From Candidatus Bathyarchaeia archaeon (GTDB lineage Archaea; Thermoproteota; CALKCG01; B24; JAGTQN01): a stretch of 64,000 bases of DNA. The notes below the pieces were generated by a model. The model was not told where the DNA came from. It was given only the letters and a program-made list of their open reading frames with translations, and made no database searches. The translations under genes were made by a program, and so were the position numbers. Shown piece after piece: positions 17,947 to 27,222 of the stretch. Position 1 is the stretch's first letter. Each line of letters opens with the position of its first letter. The DNA is taken from positions 1,620 to 65,619 of the forward strand of contig JAWCLV010000003.1 of the NCBI GenBank assembly GCA_038850515.1. The letters run 5' to 3'.

Positions 17947-18052
17947 ACCTGCCGATCCGTTGGAGCCCTGCTTGAGGCTCTTCCACATCGGCGGCTGCAT
18001 GAAAGGGATGGGATGGAGAAAGCGTTAGAGGAGAGGAGGCTAAAACAGCCCC

Positions 18053-18448
18053 TTAACCTTCCTGTAACCGCTTAATTAGGTCTAGGACTTTGGCTTTTAT
18101 GGCATCTCTGATTTTTCTCGCCTCATCCAGCGGTATTTTGGCTGGATCCGGCATATTCCACTCTTCCACATGCTTCGTATAGACTACTGGGCAGAGGGAG
18201 CCGCTGCAAACGATTATGGCTACTTCAGCCTTTTCCTGAAGCTCCCTAGTCATGATCTGAGGCTTCTTTTGGCTTATGTCTATGCCCTCCTCGAGCATGA
18301 GCTCGACGGCGTTTGGATGAACCTTTTCCGCTGGTTTTATGCCCGCGCTTACGGCTCTCCAGCCTTCTGGGGCATATTCGTTGAAGTAAGCCTCGGCAAT
18401 TTGGCTTCTGAAACTATTTTCAACGCAGACGAATAGGACTGTCCTCAT
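18053..18448 (-). CDS. arsC: Arsenate reductase / low-molecular-weight phosphotyrosine phosphatase family
   Basis: VLFVCVENSFRSQIAEAYF (C-x5-R-S P-loop), with additional Cys residues in IIVCSGSLCP consistent with the thioredoxin-coupled ArsC type. Confidence 0.8.
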   Translation of the reverse strand: MRTVLFVCVENSFRSQIAEAYFNEYAPEGWRAVSAGIKPAEKVHPNAVELMLEEGIDISQKKPQIMTRELQEKAEVAIIVCSGSLCPVVYTKHVEEWNMPDPAKIPLDEARKIRDAIKAKVLDLIKRLQEG

Positions 18449-18452
18449 GGCT

Positions 18453-19745
18453 CTAGCCTTCCCAGTCTAGGAGTCGTTTCTCGCCCTCAATCTTCTTTAT
18501 GTCCGTTATGTCCTGGGAAACCTCCATCGTTCCTAAATATTTGCCGTCCTTGTCCTTCACGGCGAAATATCTTATATGGATTAGGCGTCCGCCTTTCTGG
18601 ATCCAGAATTCCGCCACGTCTTTCTCGCCCCTCTTAAAGGCTTCAAGGATCCTATTGACTACGTGGATGCTTTTTTGAGGGTGGCAAAGTTGAACTTTTC
18701 GACCGAGCACAGCTTTTGTCCTTACGAACAAGCGTTTCTCAGCTTTATTGAAGTATTTTACATAATCGTCCTTGTCCACAAAGGTTATGTCAACTGGTAG
18801 CGTATTCAAAAGCCCCTCAATCTCCTCCTTTGATAAGGAGCCCGTTTCAAATTCAAATTCGAATCCGAATTCGGATTTTAAGATGCCTTCAGGGGCTGCT
18901 GGCTCCTCAGCCTTCGGTCTTTTAACGGTTTCAGAGACTGGCTTCGCTACGAAGTCTCGGGGGGTGAAGCAGCAATATCCTATCTCGTCGAATTCCATCC
19001 TCATTTCTTTCCATTCTTGCTCCGTAATTACGCGTAAGGCAGTAGGGAATAAGATGTTATTTTCTTTGAAGATGTGGCTTGAAAGGATCCTTGATATCGA
19101 GCTTGCTAAATCGCCAAGCTGAGTTTTAAACTCCCGGAAGTCCATCCTATCGTGGTTTTCGATTAGGCTTTGCAATAGCTTCTTCTTTTCTCTGAGCTGG
19201 TTGTGTTCCATCCACATTATTGCCGGCGGCTCCGTGATACCATGCCTTTCAAGGATTGGAAATAGGGCGTTTTCCTCCCTCAAATAATGTTTTTCCGCAT
19301 CCAAAAGTTCTGCTGAAACTTCCTCGAGCCCTCGGATTTCATCCATCAATAAGCTTGAATCCTCGGTTTTCTGAACCTTATCGACTAAAGCCGTTAGATT
19401 TTCTAGGAGCCTCTTGAGGGCTTTATGCTCTTCGAGGAGAATGCTTACTGGATTTTCCGGAGCTATCTCAACTGGCTCTTTCTGAAGCTGATCCCTAAAA
19501 ATTTCTAAGTGTAAATCGCAAAGTCGCTGGATTTCTTCCCTTGGAATTCCTTCCTCCACGAGTCCCTGCTCGATCTTCGCGATTTCCAGGGAACTTACTC
19601 CTTCCAGAAGCCGCTTAAACTTTTCCTTAACCTCCTGTGGGGGCATACCTGCGTGAAGCTGTTTAATAACCTCCCTCAGAAGGTTCTTCCTATCCTCTTC
19701 TGAAATTCCACCCATCAACGCGTCCTCCAATAAATTCCGTGCCAT
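18453..19745 (-). CDS. DUF438 / hemerythrin-like / PAS domain protein
   Basis: 430 aa. The N-terminus REVIKQLHAGMPPQEVKEKFKRLLEGVSSLEIAKIEQGLVEEGIPREEIQRLCDLH (DUF438), then H-rich hemerythrin-like helices (LLEEHKALK, MWMEHNQL), and a C-terminal PAS-like region (ITFVDKDDYVKYFN...CHP...). Confidence 0.7.
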   Translation of the reverse strand: MARNLLEDALMGGISEEDRKNLLREVIKQLHAGMPPQEVKEKFKRLLEGVSSLEIAKIEQGLVEEGIPREEIQRLCDLHLEIFRDQLQKEPVEIAPENPVSILLEEHKALKRLLENLTALVDKVQKTEDSSLLMDEIRGLEEVSAELLDAEKHYLREENALFPILERHGITEPPAIMWMEHNQLREKKKLLQSLIENHDRMDFREFKTQLGDLASSISRILSSHIFKENNILFPTALRVITEQEWKEMRMEFDEIGYCCFTPRDFVAKPVSETVKRPKAEEPAAPEGILKSEFGFEFEFETGSLSKEEIEGLLNTLPVDITFVDKDDYVKYFNKAEKRLFVRTKAVLGRKVQLCHPQKSIHVVNRILEAFKRGEKDVAEFWIQKGGRLIHIRYFAVKDKDGKYLGTMEVSQDITDIKKIEGEKRLLDWEG

Positions 19746-19816
19746 CTGTTATAAAAGCTAATTATATTGCTAGCTGGCAAAGGTTTTAGGCCGATGTCCT
19801 ATTAAAGTAAGATAAA

Positions 19817-20152
19817 TTAGAGTACTATGTAGATGTCTCCGTTTTCCTCGATCCTTACATTCAGCTTTTTCAGAGGCTCCTTGGGATGGCCCATGAAGGG
19901 CTTTCCAGTCTCTGCTTGATAAAGGCCATCATGGAGGACGCACCATATCATCCCCGTATAGCGGTTCCATTCTAATTCAGCTTGCATGTGGGTGCATAAT
20001 CCATCGTAAGCCACAAAGCCCTCATTAAGATGTATGAGCAAACCAGGCCTTGCAGTACCCTTAGCATCTCCGATGGGATAAAGAAACTTTTTGGCTTCAC
20101 CTACAGGCAACTCTCTTACATTTCCTACGTAAATCATTCTTTGGCTTTTCAT
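19817..20152 (-). CDS. Rieske [2Fe-2S] domain protein
   Basis: CTHMQAELEW...WCVLHDGLY gives the C-x-H ... C-x-x-H Rieske ligand spacing in a 111-aa beta-rich protein. Confidence 0.65.
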   Translation of the reverse strand: MKSQRMIYVGNVRELPVGEAKKFLYPIGDAKGTARPGLLIHLNEGFVAYDGLCTHMQAELEWNRYTGMIWCVLHDGLYQAETGKPFMGHPKEPLKKLNVRIEENGDIYIVL

Positions 20153-20399
20153 GGGGACCTCATTTTTATAAAATATAGTTTCTTCTATAAATTTTTATGT
20201 TTATGTATGTATAGCCTTCGTCCTATAGACCTGAGGCAACTAACACGATTTCTAAAGAGGATATTTCACAAATCGATATTTCGATAAATAGACCCATCAA
20301 GAACGGGGAAGTATCCCTTGTAAGATTGCCTCCAAGCTTTCAGATAGCTCACAAGGGCTTCCATAGTAACGAGAACTGAAGTTTCTTTTCCTATCTATC

Positions 20400-22550
20400 C
20401 TATTCCAAATATTTCCTTGGATTCTTCTTAAAAGCTTCCTCACAGGCTTTGGAACAGAAATAGACCAAACGCCCTCCATGCTCGATTTTGCTGTAAGCCA
20501 TTTCAGGATCTATTCTCATTCTACACACGGGATCTGTAACCAAGCGTCTTTCCTCCATGATTTTCACCTCCTTCGGCTCATATTTTCTTAAAGCCTGGCT
20601 GTTAAAGGCAACTATAACGGTGCTTAGAGACATTATTAGTGCTCCTATCGTGGCTGGTAAGTTTATGCCAAGCCCTGATAAAGCCCCAGCCGCTACTGGT
20701 ATAGTTATGATGTTGTATCCAGCAGCCCACCAAAGGTTTTGAGCCATTTTTGAGTAGGTTTTTCTGGAAATATCTATAACCCTTGTAACATCCCTCGGAT
20801 CGTTCTTCACAAGGATTATGTCCGCACTTTCTATGGCTATGTCAGTTCCAGCGCCGATGGCTATGCCCACATCTGCCGTTGCAAGGGCCGGCGCGTCGTT
20901 TACGCCATCTCCAACCATGGCAATCTTAAGGCCTTTTTCCCTGAGGAGTTTTATCTTCTCCGCCTTTTTATCCGGAAGGACCTTTGCGAAGTACTCGTCC
21001 ACCCCGAGTTCCTTTGCAACCCATTCCGCAACTTCTTCTGAATCACCAGTGAGCATGTAAACCTTCAACCCCTTTTCCTTCAAATTTTTAACAGCCTCGT
21101 AGGATTCCGATCGTATCGTATCGGATAAGGCAATGGCGCCAGCAGGTTTTCCATCCACAACCACGAAGACGAGGGTCTTGCCCTGCTTTTGTAGTTCCCT
21201 TATTTTGGGATCGTCAAAGCGAATCTTCAGTTCGTCTAAAAGATTTGCACTTCCAACATAAACTTCCTTTTTTCCAACCCTTCCATAGGTGCCCCTTCCA
21301 GGTAAAGCCTTAAACTCCTTAACTTTCAGAATTTTTACCCCTCTATTTTTCGCATATTCCACGATCGCCCTAGCTATGGCGTGCTCTGAGTTAAGCTCTA
21401 GGCTTGCAGCAAGCCTTAGAAGCTCCCGCTCTTGGATGAGGGAGATCACATCGCTTACTCCAAACCTTGCCATCGTCAAGGTGCCAGTTTTATCGAAAAC
21501 CACGGCATCTATATCTTTAATCCTTTCGAAGGCTCGCCTGTCCCTTATGAGGATTCCACTTTTGGCTGTTATGGATGCGGAAATAGCTACGACTAACGGT
21601 ATGGCTAAACCAAGGGCATGGGGACAGGCGATTACAAGCACAGCGACAGTCCTTTCAAGGGCAACGTCATAGCCTTCTATAGTGAACCAGGCCGCGAAGG
21701 TGACTATCCCAGCAACTATCGCTACATAGAACAGAAGGGCCGCTGCTTTGTTAGCCAAATCTTGGATGCGCGACCTGCTTTCTTGAGCCTGCCTAACCAG
21801 CTTTACAACCTGAGCCAGATAGGTTTCTTCACCCGTCCTTTCTACCCGAACTTTCAGAATTCCCTCGCCATTTATGGTACCACCTATAACCCTATCCCCA
21901 GCCCTTTTTTCCATGGGTTTCGATTCGCCCGTCAGTAAAGCTTCATCAACCGAGGATTCGCCCTCTAAAACGATTCCGTCAGATGGGATTTTTTCTCCTG
22001 GACGGACTAGGACTATATCATCCCGACATAGCGATGAAACCGGAACGTCCGATATTTCGCCGTTTTTCAGGAGGTGGGCCTTCGAGGGCATTATCCGGAC
22101 TAGCCCTTCTAAAGCCTTGGAAGCTCCAAGAACGCTTTTGGCTTCAATCCAATGCCCAAGAAGCATAATATCGATGAGGGTTGCAAGCTCCCAAGAGAAA
22201 TCCCCTCCGTTTGATGCGAAGGCCGATCCAAGCGAATAGAACATAGCTACGGATATCGCCGTACCTATCAAGGTCATCATTCCAGGCTGTTTGGCCTTTA
22301 CCTCCCGACGCAAGCCCTTAAGGAATGGAAAACCGCCGTAAAGGTATACAATCATGGATAGAAAGGATAGAATCTGTTTCTGATAGGGAACCCTTATCCA
22401 ACCCAGACCAAACCACATCTGAACCATTTCAGAAAGGAGCAAAATGGGAACAGTTAGAATCAGCGAGGCGAAAAATCTTCTCTTAAAATCGCTTATATGA
22501 TGGGCATGATCGTGAGCATGACTGTGATCCTCCAACTTCTCAAGCCCCAA
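20400..22550 (-). CDS. copB: P1B-type heavy-metal (copper) translocating ATPase, CopB-like, with a His-rich N-terminus and a C-terminal YHS/TRASH domain
   Basis: [11 protein letters not shown]-terminus, CPH in TM6 ([13 protein letters not shown]), DKTGTLT phosphorylation site, [16 protein letters not shown]. The C-terminal [39 protein letters not shown] is a YHS-type metal-binding domain. Confidence 0.9.
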   Translation of the reverse strand: MGLEKLEDHSHAHDHAHHISDFKRRFFASLILTVPILLLSEMVQMWFGLGWIRVPYQKQILSFLSMIVYLYGGFPFLKGLRREVKAKQPGMMTLIGTAISVAMFYSLGSAFASNGGDFSWELATLIDIMLLGHWIEAKSVLGASKALEGLVRIMPSKAHLLKNGEISDVPVSSLCRDDIVLVRPGEKIPSDGIVLEGESSVDEALLTGESKPMEKRAGDRVIGGTINGEGILKVRVERTGEETYLAQVVKLVRQAQESRSRIQDLANKAAALLFYVAIVAGIVTFAAWFTIEGYDVALERTVAVLVIACPHALGLAIPLVVAISASITAKSGILIRDRRAFERIKDIDAVVFDKTGTLTMARFGVSDVISLIQERELLRLAASLELNSEHAIARAIVEYAKNRGVKILKVKEFKALPGRGTYGRVGKKEVYVGSANLLDELKIRFDDPKIRELQKQGKTLVFVVVDGKPAGAIALSDTIRSESYEAVKNLKEKGLKVYMLTGDSEEVAEWVAKELGVDEYFAKVLPDKKAEKIKLLREKGLKIAMVGDGVNDAPALATADVGIAIGAGTDIAIESADIILVKNDPRDVTRVIDISRKTYSKMAQNLWWAAGYNIITIPVAAGALSGLGINLPATIGALIMSLSTVIVAFNSQALRKYEPKEVKIMEERRLVTDPVCRMRIDPEMAYSKIEHGGRLVYFCSKACEEAFKKNPRKYLE

Positions 22551-23580
22551 GTTTAAAAAACGATTAAGACCGTTTTATGCATTCGCACATCAAGTTAGAG
22601 GAAGAATTACCGCCCAAGATAGGAATGATCGTTATAAGGTCGTCATCCCTAAGTCTAGTCTAGTTTCAAGTTGCTCAAGATGTTTTCTTCGTTTACCATT
22701 CAAAGAAGAAGTTGAAAAGTCAAGTATCTTCGCAAAGGGGGAGCGCATGGTTTGGGGCCTTAAAGGCCGACAAGCAACTAAAACAGAAAGGAGAAAAAAT
22801 AACCGAGACCATCCTCCTTAAAGACCTAAATTAGCCCAAATTCGCGCAAAATATATCCTAAGCCATGAGGAAGGACGAACCCTATGGTAAGAGAATTAGG
22901 GTATTCAGACAAACCATCAGCGCCGCGAGTTAGCTTAGAAATTTATATTGCGATACTCCAGAATTCCAAAGAAAGGAAATAGTTGAAACCTCTCCCAGAT
23001 CAATTTTTCGCAAACCTCTCTTTTCCCTCCCTCCCTTCCTTCATTTCTGCCTTCTAAACCGAAGAGCTTGACTGCGCCTTTTTGATGTTTCAAATAACTG
23101 AAGTGAAAGTGAAAGTGAAAGTGGGGTCAATTCAGCCTCCCCTCCTACCCTAACCTATCCCTCCCTTCTCATTCTATTTCCTTTCCTTCCCTCCTTCATA
23201 CGCCCTTCGCTGCTCTCCCGGCATTAGCCATCGGACATCGGAGGCATATCTTCCGAAAGGGCTTTGTGGAGGCTCTTGGCTCGTAAGCCTTAGCTCATCC
23301 ATCAGCCCATTATCTAAAACAAAAACAAAAGGCAGAAGGATCAAATAATAGTAATGTGTCTACTTCCCACCAATAGACTTTGGTATTTTATATGCTCTAA
23401 GGTTCCTCTGACGAGCTTAAGCTTTTTCAATCCCTGCTCAGAAAAAAGCGTACGATCCACGAAAAGGGGAAACGAATAGTTAACCTTGAGGCTCTTGCAG
23501 GAGAAAAAGCGATATAGACTAGACTAGATGAGATGAGATGAAACATCGATTCGAGTCTAGGACAATTACTGAGGCATGCC

Positions 23581-24693
23581 TTATAACAGCGCACCGTAGG
23601 CATTCACGACCTCAGTAATCGTCTTCAGGTTTCCGACGAGGGGCGGAGGCAAATCCTCTGTTACGCTAAGAATCATTCTCCCATGGGCTACGCCTTGCTT
23701 GACGAGCATAATGGCATATTCCCGTAGCTTCTCTAGTCCAAGAAGGCATACGGATCCTGGAAAATTCACCCAGATGGGGAAGTCATCACCCCATGTAGCC
23801 CAGGCCTCTTCTAAGGATAAGTCGCCCATGGGTGGCGGAGTGAAAGCCTCTACAGCCGTGAAACCTGTCTTCGCAATCAGGTCCTTCAGAACTCTGAGCT
23901 TTCCGTCCATGTGGGCCATAACGATCTTTCCCTTGGCTCGAAGCATATCCGTCCGCCTTTTGTAATACGGTAGGCAGTACCGTTCGAATAGCTCAGGGCT
24001 AGTGAAGACGCTATTGGTATTCTCAGGGAGAAGGACTACCTCAGCTGGCGATTCGGCGACGATATGATAGAGCTCATCCTGCTTCCTTGCAATGACCTCC
24101 ATGAGGGCCTCGAGCTCTCGGCGGTAACGGTAAATCCCTAGGGCTAGATTCCGATAGCCCATCAAGTCCTTCATCAATTTCTGGAAGGGACTCGGCTCCA
24201 CCCGCACATAAGCAAGGCCGTCCCCGCCTAGGTTTCTCTCCGCCTCCATGAAGGCCTCGTAATCCGGCGAGTAGACTGTATCCTTTATCATGAATTCGGC
24301 AACTTCGTAGTCCCGAAGGTCCTTCACTAAGGGCTCGATAGCCCAGACGCCGCCGGCAAAGCTTCTAAGTCCAGTCCTCAGCCTAGTTGAAACCTTTCCG
24401 AGAGGCGTGATATAGATCCGCTCACAGATGTTTCCGATCGTACGCTCTTTTACGATGACATTTGGCATCTCTTCGCGCCAAACCCTTAGCCTCAAGACCA
24501 GACCCAATCCCATGTTTCGAAGCATTCGCTCTGCTGAGCCGACAGGGGGCATGAGAAAGCTGTAGGCGAGCCAAGGCAACTTGTCAGGCTTCTCGCCCCG
24601 AAGAACTGCAAGGGTTCGCTCCCTCACATCCATCCTTTTCACCCTTGCGCCATTGAGTAGATGGCTAATCGATGGCTTCTTAAGGCTTATCAT
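23581..24693 (-). CDS. Uroporphyrinogen decarboxylase (URO-D) superfamily protein, MtaA/CmuA-like or HemE-like (paralogue 1 of 3)
   Basis: 370 aa. N-terminal VRERTLAVLRGEKPDKLPW and the C-terminal HMDGKLRVLKDLIAKTGFTAVE pattern are typical of the URO-D fold. Confidence 0.6.
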   Translation of the reverse strand: MISLKKPSISHLLNGARVKRMDVRERTLAVLRGEKPDKLPWLAYSFLMPPVGSAERMLRNMGLGLVLRLRVWREEMPNVIVKERTIGNICERIYITPLGKVSTRLRTGLRSFAGGVWAIEPLVKDLRDYEVAEFMIKDTVYSPDYEAFMEAERNLGGDGLAYVRVEPSPFQKLMKDLMGYRNLALGIYRYRRELEALMEVIARKQDELYHIVAESPAEVVLLPENTNSVFTSPELFERYCLPYYKRRTDMLRAKGKIVMAHMDGKLRVLKDLIAKTGFTAVEAFTPPPMGDLSLEEAWATWGDDFPIWVNFPGSVCLLGLEKLREYAIMLVKQGVAHGRMILSVTEDLPPPLVGNLKTITEVVNAYGALL

Positions 24694-25212
24694 TATGGGA
24701 TTGAAAAGAGGGACTTAAGGAAAAATTATCTTGAAGAAAAAAATATCTGTTTATAGGGTGCATTCTTCTATACAAAAATAAGGCAAATGATTTAGCATTA
24801 ACGCGATTAATAGAAAGGGAATTTATCCAGTTAATTAGGCATTATATTTTTATTTTTCCTAATGAGTATAAATGAAAGAATTCTGAGATATTCACCTCTA
24901 TTTATCTGATAGTCCTTTGATTTAGCAAGGATGTTTATAGATCAGTATGTAGTGAGAAAGGTTTCCTTCCTTATATAGGGACCGCCTTAATTAAATAAGG
25001 ATCGTAATAATAAATCATTCAATTGACTTTATAGATAAAAATTTGAGTGAAGAGCTTAAAAAAGACTTCTAAAGACTATATAGAAGGTGATTACAAATTT
25101 TAGAAAGTAACTTCATAAAGATAAATAAACAATTTTGATTTAAGTAGCCATCTACTTTCAATATATGGAATAAATTTTTAAAGAAATCTTTTGCCAATCG
25201 TTGAGTAGTATT

Positions 25213-25923
25213 TTAGATCTTCGAAAGCAGACTTGAGTATTTCTCCATCCTCATTATTTTTCCCTCTGGCTGAATAAGCCAAGTCATCCAGCAAAGCTCT
25301 ATTGGTCTATATCCGCATTTTATAGCAATTTCCTCAGATTTCTTTATGAATTCTAGATCATCCTCTACGGGCTCTAAGCCGGCTTTAACCAAAATCTCAT
25401 TAATTACTCGCTTAACAATTTTGTCAGGCATTACAGTATCAATCCCTCCCATCATTCTTAGATATTGAAAGGTAATTAAGCCTACACCTTTTATTCTTCC
25501 AATAGGATCTTCTCTCCAATTCTCAAGGGTTGCATTTCTTGCCCAATTTCTTAAAGCCACTTTATCATCATCGCTCAGGGTTGATAAGTAAGAAGAGATT
25601 TTCTTGGCGATAATCCATGAACGCCTATTTCTCCAAACTTTTCTCAATTCATTACTATCTGCTTCGGCAAGTTCTTTTAGGTTTCTTATTCTTCCGCTTT
25701 GTACATACTTTTTATAGAATTCCTCAACCTTTGGAACTACGGCAGTAAAATAGTTTAAGCCTATAGAAGTGAAGGCTGCATCAACAACCATTAAGACAAC
25801 GCTTCCTCCCCATCTCTCTGTTCTAAGGCATCTTGAGCAAAGCTCCTCTAAGCCAGAAACTTTTTGCATGTAACTATCAACTACGCTCTTTAATAGAGAC
25901 AATTTTCTTTCTTCACCTCCCAA
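25213..25923 (-). CDS. Hypothetical protein with a helix-hairpin-helix, HhH-GPD/EndoIII-like layout (possible DNA glycosylase-like protein); AT-rich gene
   Basis: IKGVGLITFQYLRMMGGIDTVMPDKIVKRV resembles the HhH plus G/P-D loop of EndoIII-superfamily enzymes. Upstream helices (VVDAAFTSIGLNYF, NLKELAEADSNELRKVW) fit the same fold order. Base composition is clearly more AT-rich than the flanking genes. Confidence 0.4.
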   Translation of the reverse strand: MGGEERKLSLLKSVVDSYMQKVSGLEELCSRCLRTERWGGSVVLMVVDAAFTSIGLNYFTAVVPKVEEFYKKYVQSGRIRNLKELAEADSNELRKVWRNRRSWIIAKKISSYLSTLSDDDKVALRNWARNATLENWREDPIGRIKGVGLITFQYLRMMGGIDTVMPDKIVKRVINEILVKAGLEPVEDDLEFIKKSEEIAIKCGYRPIELCWMTWLIQPEGKIMRMEKYSSLLSKI

Positions 25924-25949
25924 ACTCGGTCGAGGAGGCTTTGGAGACC

Positions 25950-26144
25950 CTAAAGGCTTCCTCGGCCGCCAAAGTCCTTAGTAAAAACACGGCACCCTCT
26001 TTTCTTTTCTGTATTGGCTAAATCCAAGATCCATTTTAAGCTTCTAATCGTAGCTTCCTTTTGTCTCGTAATACTTCCTTCCAAGAACATGAACCAACAA
26101 ATCGAAGCTTTATTGCCCTTGATCCGATGCGATGGTTTTCCCAT
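25950..26144 (-). CDS. Small hypothetical protein upstream of the HhH-like gene
   Basis: 64-aa ATG-started ORF on the same strand, 26 nt upstream of the next gene. No recognisable motif. Coding status is uncertain. Confidence 0.25.
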   Translation of the reverse strand: MGKPSHRIKGNKASICWFMFLEGSITRQKEATIRSLKWILDLANTEKKRGCRVFTKDFGGRGSL

Positions 26145-26252
26145 TTACGAGTTTTGTAGATCTGAGATCATCTATATAGGTTATAGATAAAAATATAGAT
26201 TTTATAGGAAATATTTATATAATTAGCAAATTTATGTATTTTTGGTGAAAAA

Positions 26253-27209
26253 ATGGTAAGGATCTCTCACCTCGCCATATCCCTTATTGCTCTGGTAATC
26301 GGTGCAGGGATAGGCTATACTGTGACTCTTGCGATGGGTTCAACCGAAGCCAAGGCCCTTAGAAGCCAACGGCAAGCTCTGGAAGCCCAGCTGGCCGACT
26401 TACAGCAACAGCTTATAAAGGCAGGAGGTACCCTTCAGCCCAATTCCATAGTCATTCAGGGCTCGGATACGATGCTAATCCTTGCCCAGCGATGGGCTGA
26501 GGAGTACTTGAAGACGCATCCTGAGCTGAACATAGCTGTAACTGGCGGAGGATCAGGAACGGGCATCGCTGCCCTTATAGACGGACGAATTGATTTAGCG
26601 ACTGCATCTAGGCCGATGAAGCAGAGCGAAATCGATGCCATGAGGAGTAAGGTGAAGACGCCCGTCCAGTTCTCTGTAGCCCTTGATGGAGTTTCCATCA
26701 TCGTCCATCCGAGCAATCCCGTGAAAGAACTTACGATAAAGCAATTGGCATTGATATATACAGGCAACTACACGAACTGGAGCCAAGTCGGCGGACCTGA
26801 TCTTAAGATAACCGTCTACGGAAGACAGTCTACCTCCGGGACCTACGCCTTCTTCAGGGAGCACGTTATGGGAAACAAGGACTATAGGGCTGATATGCAG
26901 TCGCTACCAGGAAACTCAGACCTCGTCCAAGCGGTATCCCAAGATCCTAGTGGCATAGCCTACGTGGGCGTAGCCTATGCTGAGAGAAGAACAGATGTAG
27001 CCATTCTGGCGATCAAGAAGGATGCCGCTTCGCCAAGCGTTAAGCCTACCATAGCCACGATAAAGAGTGGGGAATACAGCATTTCGAGACCCCTCTACAT
27101 CATAACGGCTGGTTACCCGGAGGGCAAGCTTGCCGCCTTCATAGCCTGGATCCTCAGCCCAGAAGGACAGGGAATCGCGGCCGAGGAGGGCTACGTTCCT
27201 ATAGTCTAG
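26253..27209 (+). CDS. pstS: Phosphate ABC transporter substrate-binding protein PstS
   Basis: N-terminal TM/signal anchor, then IQGSDTMLILAQRWAEEY, GGGSGTGIAALIDGRIDLATASRPMK and GRQSTSGTY, which are PstS motifs. Confidence 0.9.
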   Translation: MVRISHLAISLIALVIGAGIGYTVTLAMGSTEAKALRSQRQALEAQLADLQQQLIKAGGTLQPNSIVIQGSDTMLILAQRWAEEYLKTHPELNIAVTGGGSGTGIAALIDGRIDLATASRPMKQSEIDAMRSKVKTPVQFSVALDGVSIIVHPSNPVKELTIKQLALIYTGNYTNWSQVGGPDLKITVYGRQSTSGTYAFFREHVMGNKDYRADMQSLPGNSDLVQAVSQDPSGIAYVGVAYAERRTDVAILAIKKDAASPSVKPTIATIKSGEYSISRPLYIITAGYPEGKLAAFIAWILSPEGQGIAAEEGYVPIV

Positions 27210-27222
27210 AGGTAAGTGTCCG

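Noticed and set aside
22632-22645. 14-mer TTATAAGGTCGTCA shared between 22632-22645 and 41888-41901 in two AT-rich spacers
   Set aside because: Given the number of pairwise comparisons possible in 64 kb on two strands, a handful of exact 14-mers is expected by chance. The sequence also overlaps a generic TATA-like element and the flanks align only loosely.
23213-23222. 10-mer CTCTCCCGGC identical to the tRNA-Ile 3' end (16302-16311), considered as the far att site of a 6.9-kb island
   Set aside because: The match is only 10 nt and does not extend on either side. A match of that length to some part of a tRNA 3' half is expected by chance in a 64-kb window. No integrase is present.
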